DNA from: a virus
DNA: 64,000 nt
Virus record (IMG/VR): IMGVR_UViG_3300038454_000106
Coordinates: 37,698 to 101,697 of that record
Strand: one strand, 5' to 3'
The position numbers and the translations under genes are program-made. Below the pieces are notes generated by a model that saw only the letters and a program-made list of their open reading frames with translations, had not been told where the DNA came from and made no database searches. Positions 17,836-26,257 of the stretch are shown here, one piece after another. Numbering within the stretch: the stretch's first letter is position 1; every line of letters begins with the position of its first letter.

Positions 17836-18252
17836 TCATCGCCCTCTCTTCGCCCGGGCCACCTTCCGGGCCTTGGGCTCGGCGACGGGCTCGGCGACGG
17901 GCTCGGCGAGGGTGGGCGTCGAGAGCGCCTTGCGCTGCTGGGCCGCCTTCGAGAGCGCCTTGCGCTGCTGGGCCGCCTTCCTCGGCGTGGCCGACTTCGC
18001 GTGGAGCTTCTCGCGGACCGCGGCAATGCGCTGCTCGAGGCGATCGTACTCGTCGTGCCTGTCGCCGATTCGCTCGAACTCCTTGAGCAGGTCATCCCAG
18101 GCGCCGGAGAAGTACACCGGCTCGCCGTTCGGTCCTGGTACGATGTAGTGGCTTCTCGCGGTGCTGAGCAGGCGCTGTTGCGCGTCGTAGAGCAACGCGT
18201 CGAGCCCCTCCTCGAGAGTCACGAGGTCGTCCTTCGTGAGCTTCGTCGTCAT
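17836..18252 (-). CDS. hypothetical protein with repetitive basic C-terminus
   Basis: KAAQQRKALS x2 (30-bp tandem) and EPVA-type 12-bp tandem. Confidence 0.65.
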   Translation of the reverse strand: MTTKLTKDDLVTLEEGLDALLYDAQQRLLSTARSHYIVPGPNGEPVYFSGAWDDLLKEFERIGDRHDEYDRLEQRIAAVREKLHAKSATPRKAAQQRKALSKAAQQRKALSTPTLAEPVAEPVAEPKARKVARAKRGR

Positions 18253-18269
18253 TGCTCGGCTCTCCAGAG

Positions 18270-18499
18270 CTTGTCATCGCTCATTTGTTCGATTCCCTTT
18301 CTTGCTCCCAGAATAGGAGCTGTTGCGCTCGACCAGATACTCGCGCGCCTCTCGCCGGGTCACGAAGCGAGGACACAGCGCCTCGTCGTACGGGATGCCA
18401 CTCGGATAGTCATGCGACCCTCCTCCTCGCCCTCGACGGGACACACCGACTTGTCATCGCTCATTTGTTCGATTCCTTTCTTGCTCCCAGAATAGGAGC
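18270..18499. repeat. about 50-bp direct repeat (18270-18320 and 18450-18499) containing hairpin-SD copies 1 and 2
   Basis: identical apart from one C indel; both copies include the start of an ORF reading MSDDK. Confidence 0.9.
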
Positions 18500-18520
18500 C
18501 GAGCCGTTGCAGTCTCACGC

Positions 18521-19282
18521 TCACTCGCGGGGTTCGTCTCGCGGGAGCAGCTCATGCACACGTGCGGCAAACGCCCGCTGCTCCTGCGTGATCTCGCCAA
18601 GGTACTCGAGTTGCTCCCAGAGGTAGTCGAGCGCGCGCACGTAGCCGAGGAGATCTTCGATCAGGAGCCGGTCATCGGTCGCCGGCTCGACGTGGATATC
18701 GTACTCGCGCACCGACCTCACGTAGGACGCGCGGACCTGCGCCCAACTCACGGTCCCTCTGGGCCCGACGATCGGGCCCGACCACGTCTCACTCAGCTCG
18801 CTCTCGAGCCGATCGACAGCCAAGGCGGAGATCCGCCCTAGCGGACGAGGTGCGATCACGCCCTCCCTGTTCTTTTCGCGGACGTAGAGCACGAGGCTCC
18901 TGTCCTGCTCGCGCACCTCGTGGAAGTCCGGGATCAGGCGGCACCTGACTGCGTGCCAATAGTCGGGAGACGCCAGAGGTCCACGTCCATCGTACAGCAA
19001 CTCGCGCGGATCCTCGAGCACCGTCGGAAAACATGGCACCTTGGCGAAAGGCCGGCCCCGCATCCGGGCACCGCGCAACTCGGTCTTGCCCCCACTGCTG
19101 AGCAGCGGGAGAGCCCGCTTACGGAGGAGCTTGCCACGCAGAAGCGTGGCGATCTTGTCCTCGAGCCAGCGGATCCCCTCGACGGCTTCTCGTTGCGCGG
19201 CTACGCGGTCGGGGAAATTGCCCCGTCGGATGTCCAGCTCGTGGGCAATCCCCGCGAGTAACTCAGTGATACAGGGGTTCAT
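18521..19282 (-). CDS. hypothetical protein
   Basis: 253-aa ORF. Confidence 0.6.
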   Translation of the reverse strand: MNPCITELLAGIAHELDIRRGNFPDRVAAQREAVEGIRWLEDKIATLLRGKLLRKRALPLLSSGGKTELRGARMRGRPFAKVPCFPTVLEDPRELLYDGRGPLASPDYWHAVRCRLIPDFHEVREQDRSLVLYVREKNREGVIAPRPLGRISALAVDRLESELSETWSGPIVGPRGTVSWAQVRASYVRSVREYDIHVEPATDDRLLIEDLLGYVRALDYLWEQLEYLGEITQEQRAFAARVHELLPRDEPRE

Positions 19283-19290
19283 GGGTCGGG

Positions 19291-19473
19291 TCAGTCCAAT
19301 ATGTGACGGAGCGCGGCGCAGACGTCATGAAGCGCCACGGTCGGCCGTCCAATCTCCGCCAGCGCATCCTTGACCGGACCCTCGAAGGAGACGAGCGCAC
19401 AGAGAGCCCGCTCTAGCGCTTCCCGGTCGTCATCCTCTAGCGCTTCCACGATGCGTTGCTTGCCCTTGGGCAT
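19291..19473 (-). CDS. hypothetical protein
   Basis: 60 aa, AGGAGG SD. Confidence 0.55.
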   Translation of the reverse strand: MPKGKQRIVEALEDDDREALERALCALVSFEGPVKDALAEIGRPTVALHDVCAALRHILD

Positions 19474-19499
19474 CTTGACCTCCTACGCTCGACGCGGAT

Positions 19500-19922
19500 T
19501 CAAAAGTACGACAGGATTGTGAAGGCGTGCGTGCAGGACGCCGTGGCTGAGCTGGCGCTGAACGTGCCCGAGCCCTTCGCCCCATCGACGTCGGGGTTGA
19601 CGCGGAAGGTCCAGATCGCGTGCGTGCCACCGGTCCCTGTACCGGTGAGGGTCACGGAGAGCGTGCAATCACGGCCCACGTACGAGGGCGAGAGCACACC
19701 GGTCCCGACCGAGGACGCCACCGTGTAGCCGGTGCCGCTCTTGACGATCTGGAGATCGATCGTCTGCTGAGGCACCGAGAGTGAGCAGGTGCCCTGGCCC
19801 CACGCGATCGTGGCATGCCAGGGGCCCTCTGGATGCTCGCAGAGGTACGACGTCGGAGGCTCGGAGGAAGAATCCGAGCAAGCGACAAGCGCGAGCGCGA
19901 TGGCGAGAGTGCGTGTCCTCAT
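19500..19922 (-). CDS. lipoprotein
   Basis: MRTRTLAIALALVAC lipobox, beta-rich mature part. Confidence 0.7.
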   Translation of the reverse strand: MRTRTLAIALALVACSDSSSEPPTSYLCEHPEGPWHATIAWGQGTCSLSVPQQTIDLQIVKSGTGYTVASSVGTGVLSPSYVGRDCTLSVTLTGTGTGGTHAIWTFRVNPDVDGAKGSGTFSASSATASCTHAFTILSYF

Positions 19923-19999
19923 GACAGTGTCTCGTAGGAGAGAGCATCCCACGCCTCGCAGGTGTTCGATCTGGAGTGCGAGACCTGGCTCAAGCGCGG

Positions 20000-20923
20000 T
20001 CACGGGACCTTCCCGACGGTGACACGTTCGCTACCATCGAGCGCCTCGATCCATCCCCAGGCGCCATCGGCCACCTGGTCCGCGTCTGGCCACTCACGCT
20101 TCTCGACGAGCTGCTCGATGGCTCGCTCAATGTCCGCGGCGACGATCCGACCAGACGCTGCGTCCGTGCGCCATGCGTACGCCGTATTCTCTGCGATGAT
20201 CTCCGCCCAACATGGTCTGGGCCTCGACCCTCCGAGCGCCTCCTGCTCGTCATCTGTAAGCCACTGGGACCAGTCGATCACCTCGACCCGCATGCCGGCC
20301 ATGTAGGCCTGCGTTCCAATTCTGACCGCTTCGCCGTCGATCTCCTCCCCGTCGACGACAGACCGGATTTCCCGGTACGGCCTGAAGGTGATTTCAAGAT
20401 CTGACTCGGTACCGGCGCCATCTCCGGTCCATCCGACCGCCCATTCCGGGCCGATCGCCGCCTTGACCGACCGCACGACGGCGGCACAGGCCTCGTCGTC
20501 GTTCGCGTCGACGGTGACTCCGACGATGTATCGGCCAGGCGCGCGGCGGTGACCATCCCCGATCGAGTACGGACACTTCTCGATCATCGCCTCGTCCTGG
20601 CTCTGATTCTCCGCCTCGTCCGAGGGCCAGGTTTCCTCATCCTGCGAGGGCCACCCGAGCCCCGCAGACCCATCCGTGCACGGGGTCAACGGGCGCTCGA
20701 GCGCTCGTTGCCACGCGTAGGTGGCAGCGCCGCCTGCGCCGCGCGCGACGTCGCGCGCCGGGAGATGATCACGGCTCTCGCGATAGGCGATAGCTGCGGC
20801 CTCGGCGGCCTCGGCGGCGATGGAGGCATGCCAGGGACAGGGGACCGGGCCATGGGGGCCCCTGTAGCAGTAGTCTCTAGTCACAGAATCAGAATCAGCG
20901 TTATCAGCGTTATCGATGATCAC
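20000..20923 (-). CDS. hypothetical protein
   Basis: start reassigned to GTG 20923 behind the hairpin-SD motif. Confidence 0.6.
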   Translation of the reverse strand: MIIDNADNADSDSVTRDYCYRGPHGPVPCPWHASIAAEAAEAAAIAYRESRDHLPARDVARGAGGAATYAWQRALERPLTPCTDGSAGLGWPSQDEETWPSDEAENQSQDEAMIEKCPYSIGDGHRRAPGRYIVGVTVDANDDEACAAVVRSVKAAIGPEWAVGWTGDGAGTESDLEITFRPYREIRSVVDGEEIDGEAVRIGTQAYMAGMRVEVIDWSQWLTDDEQEALGGSRPRPCWAEIIAENTAYAWRTDAASGRIVAADIERAIEQLVEKREWPDADQVADGAWGWIEALDGSERVTVGKVP

Positions 20924-20931
20924 GGGAATTT

Positions 20932-20958
20932 CCTTTCTCGCCCCCCCAGGTAGGGAGC
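20932..20958 (-). promoter_or_regulatory. hairpin-SD motif copy 3
   Basis: GCTCCC-TACCTGG-GGGGGC-GAGAAAGG-N8-GTG. Confidence 0.7.
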
Positions 20959-21012
20959 AGCCTCGTCTATCAGACTCGTGCAATGGCCATCAGAGTCCCG
21001 TCACGGGACCCG

Positions 21013-21270
21013 TCAGCGAGCGGCGATGACGTCGTCAACCGTTTCGCCAACTCGCGCGCCGCGAGCGTCGAACCAAGTCGTGACGCCAGACGGACCGCGC
21101 ACTCCGCCGGACCACGACAGGGCGCCTCCGGTGGATGGTCTGCATGCCTTGGCGTATCGCGCCGCCGCTTTCCTCGCGGCGGCGGGCGTACGGTGTCGAG
21201 ACCACTCGACAAATCCCCTATTCTGTTCCCAGACTCCAGCAGAATAGTAACTCGCGATCACGCTGGCCAT
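21013..21270 (-). CDS. hypothetical protein
   Basis: ATG 21270 follows the hairpin-SD motif. Confidence 0.6.
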   Translation of the reverse strand: MASVIASYYSAGVWEQNRGFVEWSRHRTPAAARKAAARYAKACRPSTGGALSWSGGVRGPSGVTTWFDARGARVGETVDDVIAAR

Positions 21271-21277
21271 ACTTGTT

Positions 21278-21305
21278 CTCCTTTTTCTCGCCCCCAAGTA
21301 GAGGC
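21278..21305 (-). promoter_or_regulatory. hairpin-SD motif copy 4
   Basis: GCCTC-TACTTG-GGGGC-GAGAAAAAGGAG-N7-ATG. Confidence 0.7.
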
Positions 21306-21344
21306 TCGCCTCGTTCTAGCAGACGGCTGACGGGGTCGTCATCC

Positions 21345-21512
21345 TCAGTGATGAACCGTCGGTGGGTCACTGGCCTTCCGCGTCCCCTTGATAGCTGTGA
21401 TCTGGCCGCGTCGGCGCGCGCGATCCATAGCCGCAAATGCAGCTTTGCGCCTCGAGTATGTGCGCTCGCGCATGATGACCGTGCCGTCAGAATTGTAAAA
21501 GAGGACCACCAT
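21345..21512 (-). CDS. small hypothetical protein (55 aa)
   Basis: AGGAG SD; MVVLFYNSDGTVIMRERTY...; below the ORF-track cutoff. Confidence 0.4.
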   Translation of the reverse strand: MVVLFYNSDGTVIMRERTYSRRKAAFAAMDRARRRGQITAIKGTRKASDPPTVHH

Positions 21513-21523
21513 ATCGATATCTC

Positions 21524-22219
21524 CTAGAAGACGTCGTAGTCAGCGCGGGCGACGGACGCTGCGTGCGCGTCCGCATACCCACGACGGAACGCAGCGCACC
21601 ACTCGGATTCGATCTCGTCCCAGGCGGTCTCGTCGAGGTCGAGGTCCTCGCAGATCGATCCAATTCCGACGGTGGAAATGTACGCAGCGTCGGCGCCACT
21701 GAAGGGCCATGCCCAAGTGGTCGGCTCGCCTTGGGCGACGTCCTCCGCTCGTCCAGAGTAGTCCTCCCAACCCGCCTTCTTTCCGTGGACTCGCACAGCA
21801 GCATACGAGATCTCGTCCGTCTCGTCCGTGCCGCCCCCCTCGCCCTGGTCGCCTGCGGGGAAGAGCACGTGCTCCGGCACCGGACCGAGCCACAGCTTGA
21901 ATCGCCAGACCGCGATGTCCTCGTCGGTAAGCGAGGTGGCTTCGCCCTCGTCATCGTGCCGAGTCAGGAAGAACGGGCCGTGGAGGTGGTGATAGCCACG
22001 AGCCGAGCTGGGCGCGACGTCCCGGCTGAACGGCAGATTCTTGCAGAGGGGGCCGCCCTCCTCGTCGCACCAGAGATCGACGCCATCCTCGAGCGGCACG
22101 CACTGGAGGTAGCCGTCGACGATGCTTCGCATCCCTCTCAGGGTCGGCTCGATCTCCTCGACCCTCGGCTGCTCTCCGACCCGGCACACCAGCACTCGAA
22201 TCTTCCTGTCACTCATCAT
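21524..22219 (-). CDS. DUF3846-like domain protein
   Basis: PRVEEIEPTL.GMRSIVDGYLQCV......LWCDEEG...GPFF.TR..DEGE.TSLTDEDI. Confidence 0.7.
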   Translation of the reverse strand: MMSDRKIRVLVCRVGEQPRVEEIEPTLRGMRSIVDGYLQCVPLEDGVDLWCDEEGGPLCKNLPFSRDVAPSSARGYHHLHGPFFLTRHDDEGEATSLTDEDIAVWRFKLWLGPVPEHVLFPAGDQGEGGGTDETDEISYAAVRVHGKKAGWEDYSGRAEDVAQGEPTTWAWPFSGADAAYISTVGIGSICEDLDLDETAWDEIESEWCAAFRRGYADAHAASVARADYDVF

Positions 22220-22227
22220 CGCCTTGG

Positions 22228-22251
22228 CCTTTCTCGTCCCCAAAAGGGACG
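22228..22251 (-). promoter_or_regulatory. hairpin-SD motif copy 5
   Basis: CGTCCC-TTTTG-GGGACG-AGAAAGG-N8-ATG. Confidence 0.8.
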
Positions 22252-22467
22252 CATTGACTTACTGTAAGCATACACGATCGGCGCTTCGCGCGCCACCCTT
22301 CTCACGCATGCGGGTTGCGGTCGACCTCATAGCGCCGATCGCTGCCGAGCCCTTCGGCCGTGACGTGAAGCCAGTTGATCTCGCCTTGCCCGTTGACGAC
22401 CGGCCCCGACCACTCGTCGGGCAGCGACTCGTCCAGCTCGTCGATCGCGTCGGCAGAGATCGTTCCA

Positions 22468-22689
22468 TCAGGTCCCGCTCTCCTTCAACACGACGTTGCG
22501 CATCTTGTGGGCTTCCGCGATGAGCATGCGAGCGCATGCGATCGCGTTGTCGATGTTGGCATCGAAGTCCTCAGCGCTCTCGCACGAGCCAGCGTTCTCG
22601 AGATGCTCGTTGAGGTCGTCGGCCAGTTTCTCCAAGTCACCGACGAGCGCCTGTCGCTCTTCGAGGTTCTTGCCTGTCGTCTTGCTCAC
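22468..22689 (-). CDS. hypothetical helical protein
   Basis: GGAG SD, GTG start. Confidence 0.5.
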   Translation of the reverse strand: MSKTTGKNLEERQALVGDLEKLADDLNEHLENAGSCESAEDFDANIDNAIACARMLIAEAHKMRNVVLKESGT

Positions 22690-22783
22690 GGCTTGTCTCC
22701 GAGCTTGCCAACGTCCTTGACGCAGCCCTTGTCGAGGATCTTGAACTTCCGACCGGAGTAGGTACGAACGCGCGTTGCCATGG

Positions 22784-23179
22784 CTACATGTCCTCGTCGC
22801 GCTCGCTCTGCGCGGTGAAGAGGGCGCGTTGTGCCTCGACGTCCAGCGCGCGCACAAAGCCGGCGTTGACGCCACCGAGCTTGGCGACGATCTCGCCGCC
22901 GTTCTGTCGCCAGAGGTCACAGAGGAACACAGCCGCGTGCGACGGCTCGCTCGTCATCGCCGGCTCCTCGGTGACCGCCATACGGACAGGGACATGCAGC
23001 CTGTGAGTGGCCACGTCGAGCACCAGCGGCCGCCGGTAGTCGAGCCAGAGTGCCTCCGTGTAGTGGTCCGGTGCACCGCCGGTGTTGTTGGCGATCACGA
23101 TGCGGCTGTTGTCGCTGGCGTTGGTGTGGCGGTAGTACCGGAAACCGCGACGCGTCTGACGGATCAGGTTCCAGGTCAT
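22784..23179 (-). CDS. hypothetical protein
   Basis: 131 aa, coupled to upstream gene. Confidence 0.55.
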   Translation of the reverse strand: MTWNLIRQTRRGFRYYRHTNASDNSRIVIANNTGGAPDHYTEALWLDYRRPLVLDVATHRLHVPVRMAVTEEPAMTSEPSHAAVFLCDLWRQNGGEIVAKLGGVNAGFVRALDVEAQRALFTAQSERDEDM

Positions 23180-23463
23180 AGCAGCTCTCCTTGCATCGCC
23201 TCGGTGCCGGCGTCCGTGAGGAAGGCGATCGGCCTTCCGTGTTTGCGCTCGAGAACCACGAGACCGCGGTGCACGAGATCATCCGCGGTGCGCCGCCACT
23301 CGACGGCCGCCGTGGCGTCCGCGTGCGTGCCGCCGCGTGGCGACGCGTGACCACCGGTGCGGCGCACACACCACTTGAGGAACAGCCGCAGCACGAGATC
23401 CTCGTGCCTCGTGAGCACGGTGTAGGGTCGCAGCTTGCGCGCGGCCTTCTGGCGCTTCGTCAC
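23176..23463 (-). CDS. hypothetical protein, possible winged helix
   Basis: DDLVHRGLV......AFLTDAG pattern. Confidence 0.5.
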   Translation of the reverse strand: MTKRQKAARKLRPYTVLTRHEDLVLRLFLKWCVRRTGGHASPRGGTHADATAAVEWRRTADDLVHRGLVVLERKHGRPIAFLTDAGTEAMQGELL

Positions 23464-23714
23464 GACACCATCTCCACGAAGTTGCGCCAGCAGCCATCGG
23501 GCGCGAACCCGCTCGCTCCGTTCGTGACGTCGTAGAACAAGCCCCCGCTGCGGCCGCTGTGCGTCGCGGAGAACACCGGCGTACGGACCCACACGAGCCC
23601 GTGCGTGTCGGGATGCTGCTCCAGCTCGATGCATCCGGGGGCGCGTGCCACGCCAGCGTGCTCCAGCAACTCGACCGTAGCGTGGCCGTAGATCATGCGA
23701 GGACGAGCCGTCAC
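23460..23714 (-). CDS. hypothetical protein
   Basis: GTG overlaps the stop at 23711. Confidence 0.45.
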   Translation of the reverse strand: MTARPRMIYGHATVELLEHAGVARAPGCIELEQHPDTHGLVWVRTPVFSATHSGRSGGLFYDVTNGASGFAPDGCWRNFVEMVS

Positions 23715-23978
23715 GACGACACCCCCATCACGTACTGAGCCGCGCGCCATGCAGCGTGGTTGAGCTGCCGCTGCCAGGCACCCGCGGTCGGCGACCAGCG
23801 AAAGCCGTAGCTCTTGAGCTTCGTGCGCATCGCGCGTCGCGGTGCGCTCGGCCGCTTGCGCGCGGGCCTCGGCGCGGTCGGCGGCGCGCAGCTTGCGCTC
23901 ACGCTTGCGCTCTTGCTTGGCCTCGTACGCGTCGATCCGCGCGGCGAGGGGTTTCTCTTCGGACTCGGACTCGGACAT
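23711..23978 (-). pseudogene. DUF3560-like gene with internal deletion or frameshift
   Basis: N-terminus AYEAKQERKRERKLRAADRAEARA in one frame; C-terminus RTKLKSYGFRWSPTAGAWQRQLN..A.RAA in another; junction near 23830-23845. Confidence 0.6.
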
Positions 23979-23985
23979 CGGCAAG

Positions 23986-24011
23986 CCTTTCTCGTCCCCA
24001 ACGCAGGGACG
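23986..24011 (-). promoter_or_regulatory. hairpin-SD motif copy 6
   Basis: CGTCCC-TGCGTTG-GGGACG-AGAAAGG-N7-ATG. Confidence 0.8.
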
Positions 24012-24053
24012 TCTGTGGAACGACCGGAACCTAGCTCTAGTCGTCCCTGGCGG

Positions 24054-25064
24054 TCAATCCTCGTAGCGGTATCGGGCGAGGATGCCACCGTAGATCGCGT
24101 AGATCGCGAACCCGTCGGGCTCGACGCGGATCTGTGATGCCTCCGGAAAGTCGAGGTAGGACAGCGCACCCTTGCCGCCCTTCTCCTCGAGGTCGGGGCC
24201 CGAGAACGCCACGTGCACGGAGGTCACGCTCGCCACCACGCGCACGAGGTCGCACGGGCCGCGGCCGTTCTGAACGAGCCGGAGCTTGGTGCCGACCGGG
24301 ATCCGCTTGAGGCTCGCCAGCGACGTGACGAGGTACGCGGGCGCGCGATCGTCGCTGGCTTTCTTCGTGGCGCCGCACGACGCGCCGTTGCCGTCCCGAT
24401 GGTTGTAGCTCACGACCTCGACGTGGACGTGGCACTGCTCGTTTACCGGAGGGCGTTTGTCGGTGAGCAGGCATAGCACACGCTCGATCAGCGCGGCCGG
24501 TGCGCCAAGCTTGAGCATGGCCTGGTCTTCCGTCACGGCCAACTTGGCCGTCCACGCGTGGTCGCCCGTCGAGCCCTCGCCGTCGATCTGGAGATAGCTC
24601 GGATCTTTGCCATGGTGCGCGGTGCCAAGAAGCGTCGCGAGGCGCTTGGCGGTCACTAGCGTATTGGCGCGCAACGTCTCACGCTCGGACAGCGCGGAGA
24701 CGCACGCCTCGTACACGCGGAGATAGTCGGGAAGGAATCGAGCCTTGATGTCGGCCGCGATACGGCGACCGCCCTTATCGACCGAGGCATTGATGGCAGG
24801 CGGAGTCTCGTCGACGCCGTAGTCACGCGGCAGAGTGACGCCACGCGCCGAACGCGCCGGATCCTGCGGGTACGTGCCGCGCACGGCAACACGACGCTCG
24901 CGCACGAGGATCTCGAACCAAAGCGCCGCTCCGTCGCCACGCTTGATGTCGAAGGTGAACGGGTAATCGCTGGTCTCGAGTCGCCAGCCGAGCGCAGTGG
25001 CGATCTCCTGTGCGAGTTCCATCGCGAACGTGGACGTGATCTCGGGCTTGTCAGAATCAGACAT
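24054..25064 (-). CDS. hypothetical protein (probably two domains)
   Basis: ATG 25064 behind the motif; long ORF with GC3-rich codons. Confidence 0.7.
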   Translation of the reverse strand: MSDSDKPEITSTFAMELAQEIATALGWRLETSDYPFTFDIKRGDGAALWFEILVRERRVAVRGTYPQDPARSARGVTLPRDYGVDETPPAINASVDKGGRRIAADIKARFLPDYLRVYEACVSALSERETLRANTLVTAKRLATLLGTAHHGKDPSYLQIDGEGSTGDHAWTAKLAVTEDQAMLKLGAPAALIERVLCLLTDKRPPVNEQCHVHVEVVSYNHRDGNGASCGATKKASDDRAPAYLVTSLASLKRIPVGTKLRLVQNGRGPCDLVRVVASVTSVHVAFSGPDLEEKGGKGALSYLDFPEASQIRVEPDGFAIYAIYGGILARYRYED

Positions 25065-25072
25065 CGGACGTT

Positions 25073-25098
25073 TCTTTCTCGTCCCCAAGACAGGGACG
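25073..25098 (-). promoter_or_regulatory. hairpin-SD motif copy 7
   Basis: CGTCCC-TGTCTTG-GGGACG-AGAAAGA-N8-ATG. Confidence 0.8.
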
Positions 25099-25133
25099 CG
25101 GTGTGTGTTGGTTGAGACGACTATCGAACGCTG

Positions 25134-25310
25134 CTATTCATTGGGCATCAACGCGAGCGCGGCACGCTTGGCGTCGAGAGCTTGCTTCACCTCCTTGGCG
25201 TAGTCGCCGAGCCCGTCGCGCTCGGCACAGCGGAGGTCCGTCTCATGGTCGGCGATCTCCGCTTCGAGCAGGGCGCGAGCCGTATAGCGCATGCGAGGCG
25301 TGTAGGCCAT
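25134..25310 (-). CDS. hypothetical protein
   Basis: GGAG SD, 58 aa. Confidence 0.5.
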   Translation of the reverse strand: MAYTPRMRYTARALLEAEIADHETDLRCAERDGLGDYAKEVKQALDAKRAALALMPNE

Positions 25311-25312
25311 GA

Positions 25313-25573
25313 CTAGGACTCCGGGGCGCCCTTGATCACAGCGCCCTTGCCGAAGTGGTCGACGAGCGCAAAGCCGGCCCAGATCTTCGCGTCGTCGTTC
25401 CACACGGCGACGACGGCGGCGAAGCCACGCATGGCATAGGCCCGATGGTGCGAGTAGATCTCGGTGAGCATCACGTCGGGAACGTAGACGGTGACGGGCG
25501 CCGCTGGCGGGTCGGCGTCGCCGATGTACGCGGCCACGAGCGGAACGTGGACGCGAGCCTTGGGCCTCCGCAT
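25313..25573 (-). CDS. hypothetical protein
   Basis: GGAGGAGG SD, 86 aa. Confidence 0.55.
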   Translation of the reverse strand: MRRPKARVHVPLVAAYIGDADPPAAPVTVYVPDVMLTEIYSHHRAYAMRGFAAVVAVWNDDAKIWAGFALVDHFGKGAVIKGAPES

Positions 25574-25574
25574 G

Positions 25575-26165
25575 TCAGCCCTCCTCCGTCGACGAGCGCC
25601 ACGGCTCCCACGTGTGGATCGCCGGCCCGGGAACGTGCTCCGACACCATGCGCATCACAGCGACCTCACCGTGACCAGCGAGGCACCCGGTGCACGTCCG
25701 CACCGCGCCCGCGTTCGTGGTCCACTCCCTGATCTCGTCGTGCTTGCGCTCGGTGCGGCACGCGTCGCAGCGGAGCCAGTACAAGCGATGCGCATGCTCA
25801 ATCGCAGCGGCCTCGGCCTCTGCCGAGGTGTCGTAGCCCATCGCAGTGCAGCTGAGGCTGAGTCGGATCCGTTCTTCGGGATCGCCGTCGCCGTCGCCGG
25901 GACCGATACGGAGCATCGCGTACTCCCACCCGCTCGCGTGCGGCAGGATGATCGCCGTGCCGAATGCCTCGCCACGCACAAGGCGGGTGCGATCGAGCCC
26001 CGCCGCGAGATTGACCAGGATGCGAGCCACGCTGGCGACGGCCTCGGCCTCGGTCGCGCCGGTGCCCTCGACGGCTCCCACAACGGCGCACCAGTGGAGG
26101 ATGCGACCACGAGGATCCTTGACGTTGAACGTGCGGACGGGAACGCGAGCATTCTTGTCAGCCAT
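25575..26165 (-). CDS. hypothetical protein with C-terminal CxxC pair
   Basis: ATG 26165 behind the motif; CDAC...CTGC. Confidence 0.6.
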   Translation of the reverse strand: MADKNARVPVRTFNVKDPRGRILHWCAVVGAVEGTGATEAEAVASVARILVNLAAGLDRTRLVRGEAFGTAIILPHASGWEYAMLRIGPGDGDGDPEERIRLSLSCTAMGYDTSAEAEAAAIEHAHRLYWLRCDACRTERKHDEIREWTTNAGAVRTCTGCLAGHGEVAVMRMVSEHVPGPAIHTWEPWRSSTEEG

Positions 26166-26174
26166 GGGAGCGAG

Positions 26175-26199
26175 CCTTTCTAGTCCCCAAGATAGGGAC
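26175..26199 (-). promoter_or_regulatory. hairpin-SD motif copy 8
   Basis: GTCCC-TATCTTG-GGGAC-TAGAAAGG-N9-ATG. Confidence 0.8.
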
Positions 26200-26212
26200 G
26201 CGGTGTGTTGGT

Positions 26213-26247
26213 GGAAGGAAGGGGGCCCGCCACCGTGGGCGGGCCCC
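26213..26247 (-). terminator. putative intrinsic terminator
   Basis: GC-rich stem GGGGCCCGCC/GGCGGGCCCC followed by pyrimidine run TTCCTTCC, just after the stop of 26258-28240. Confidence 0.55.
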
Positions 26248-26257
26248 GGAGGGCGAG

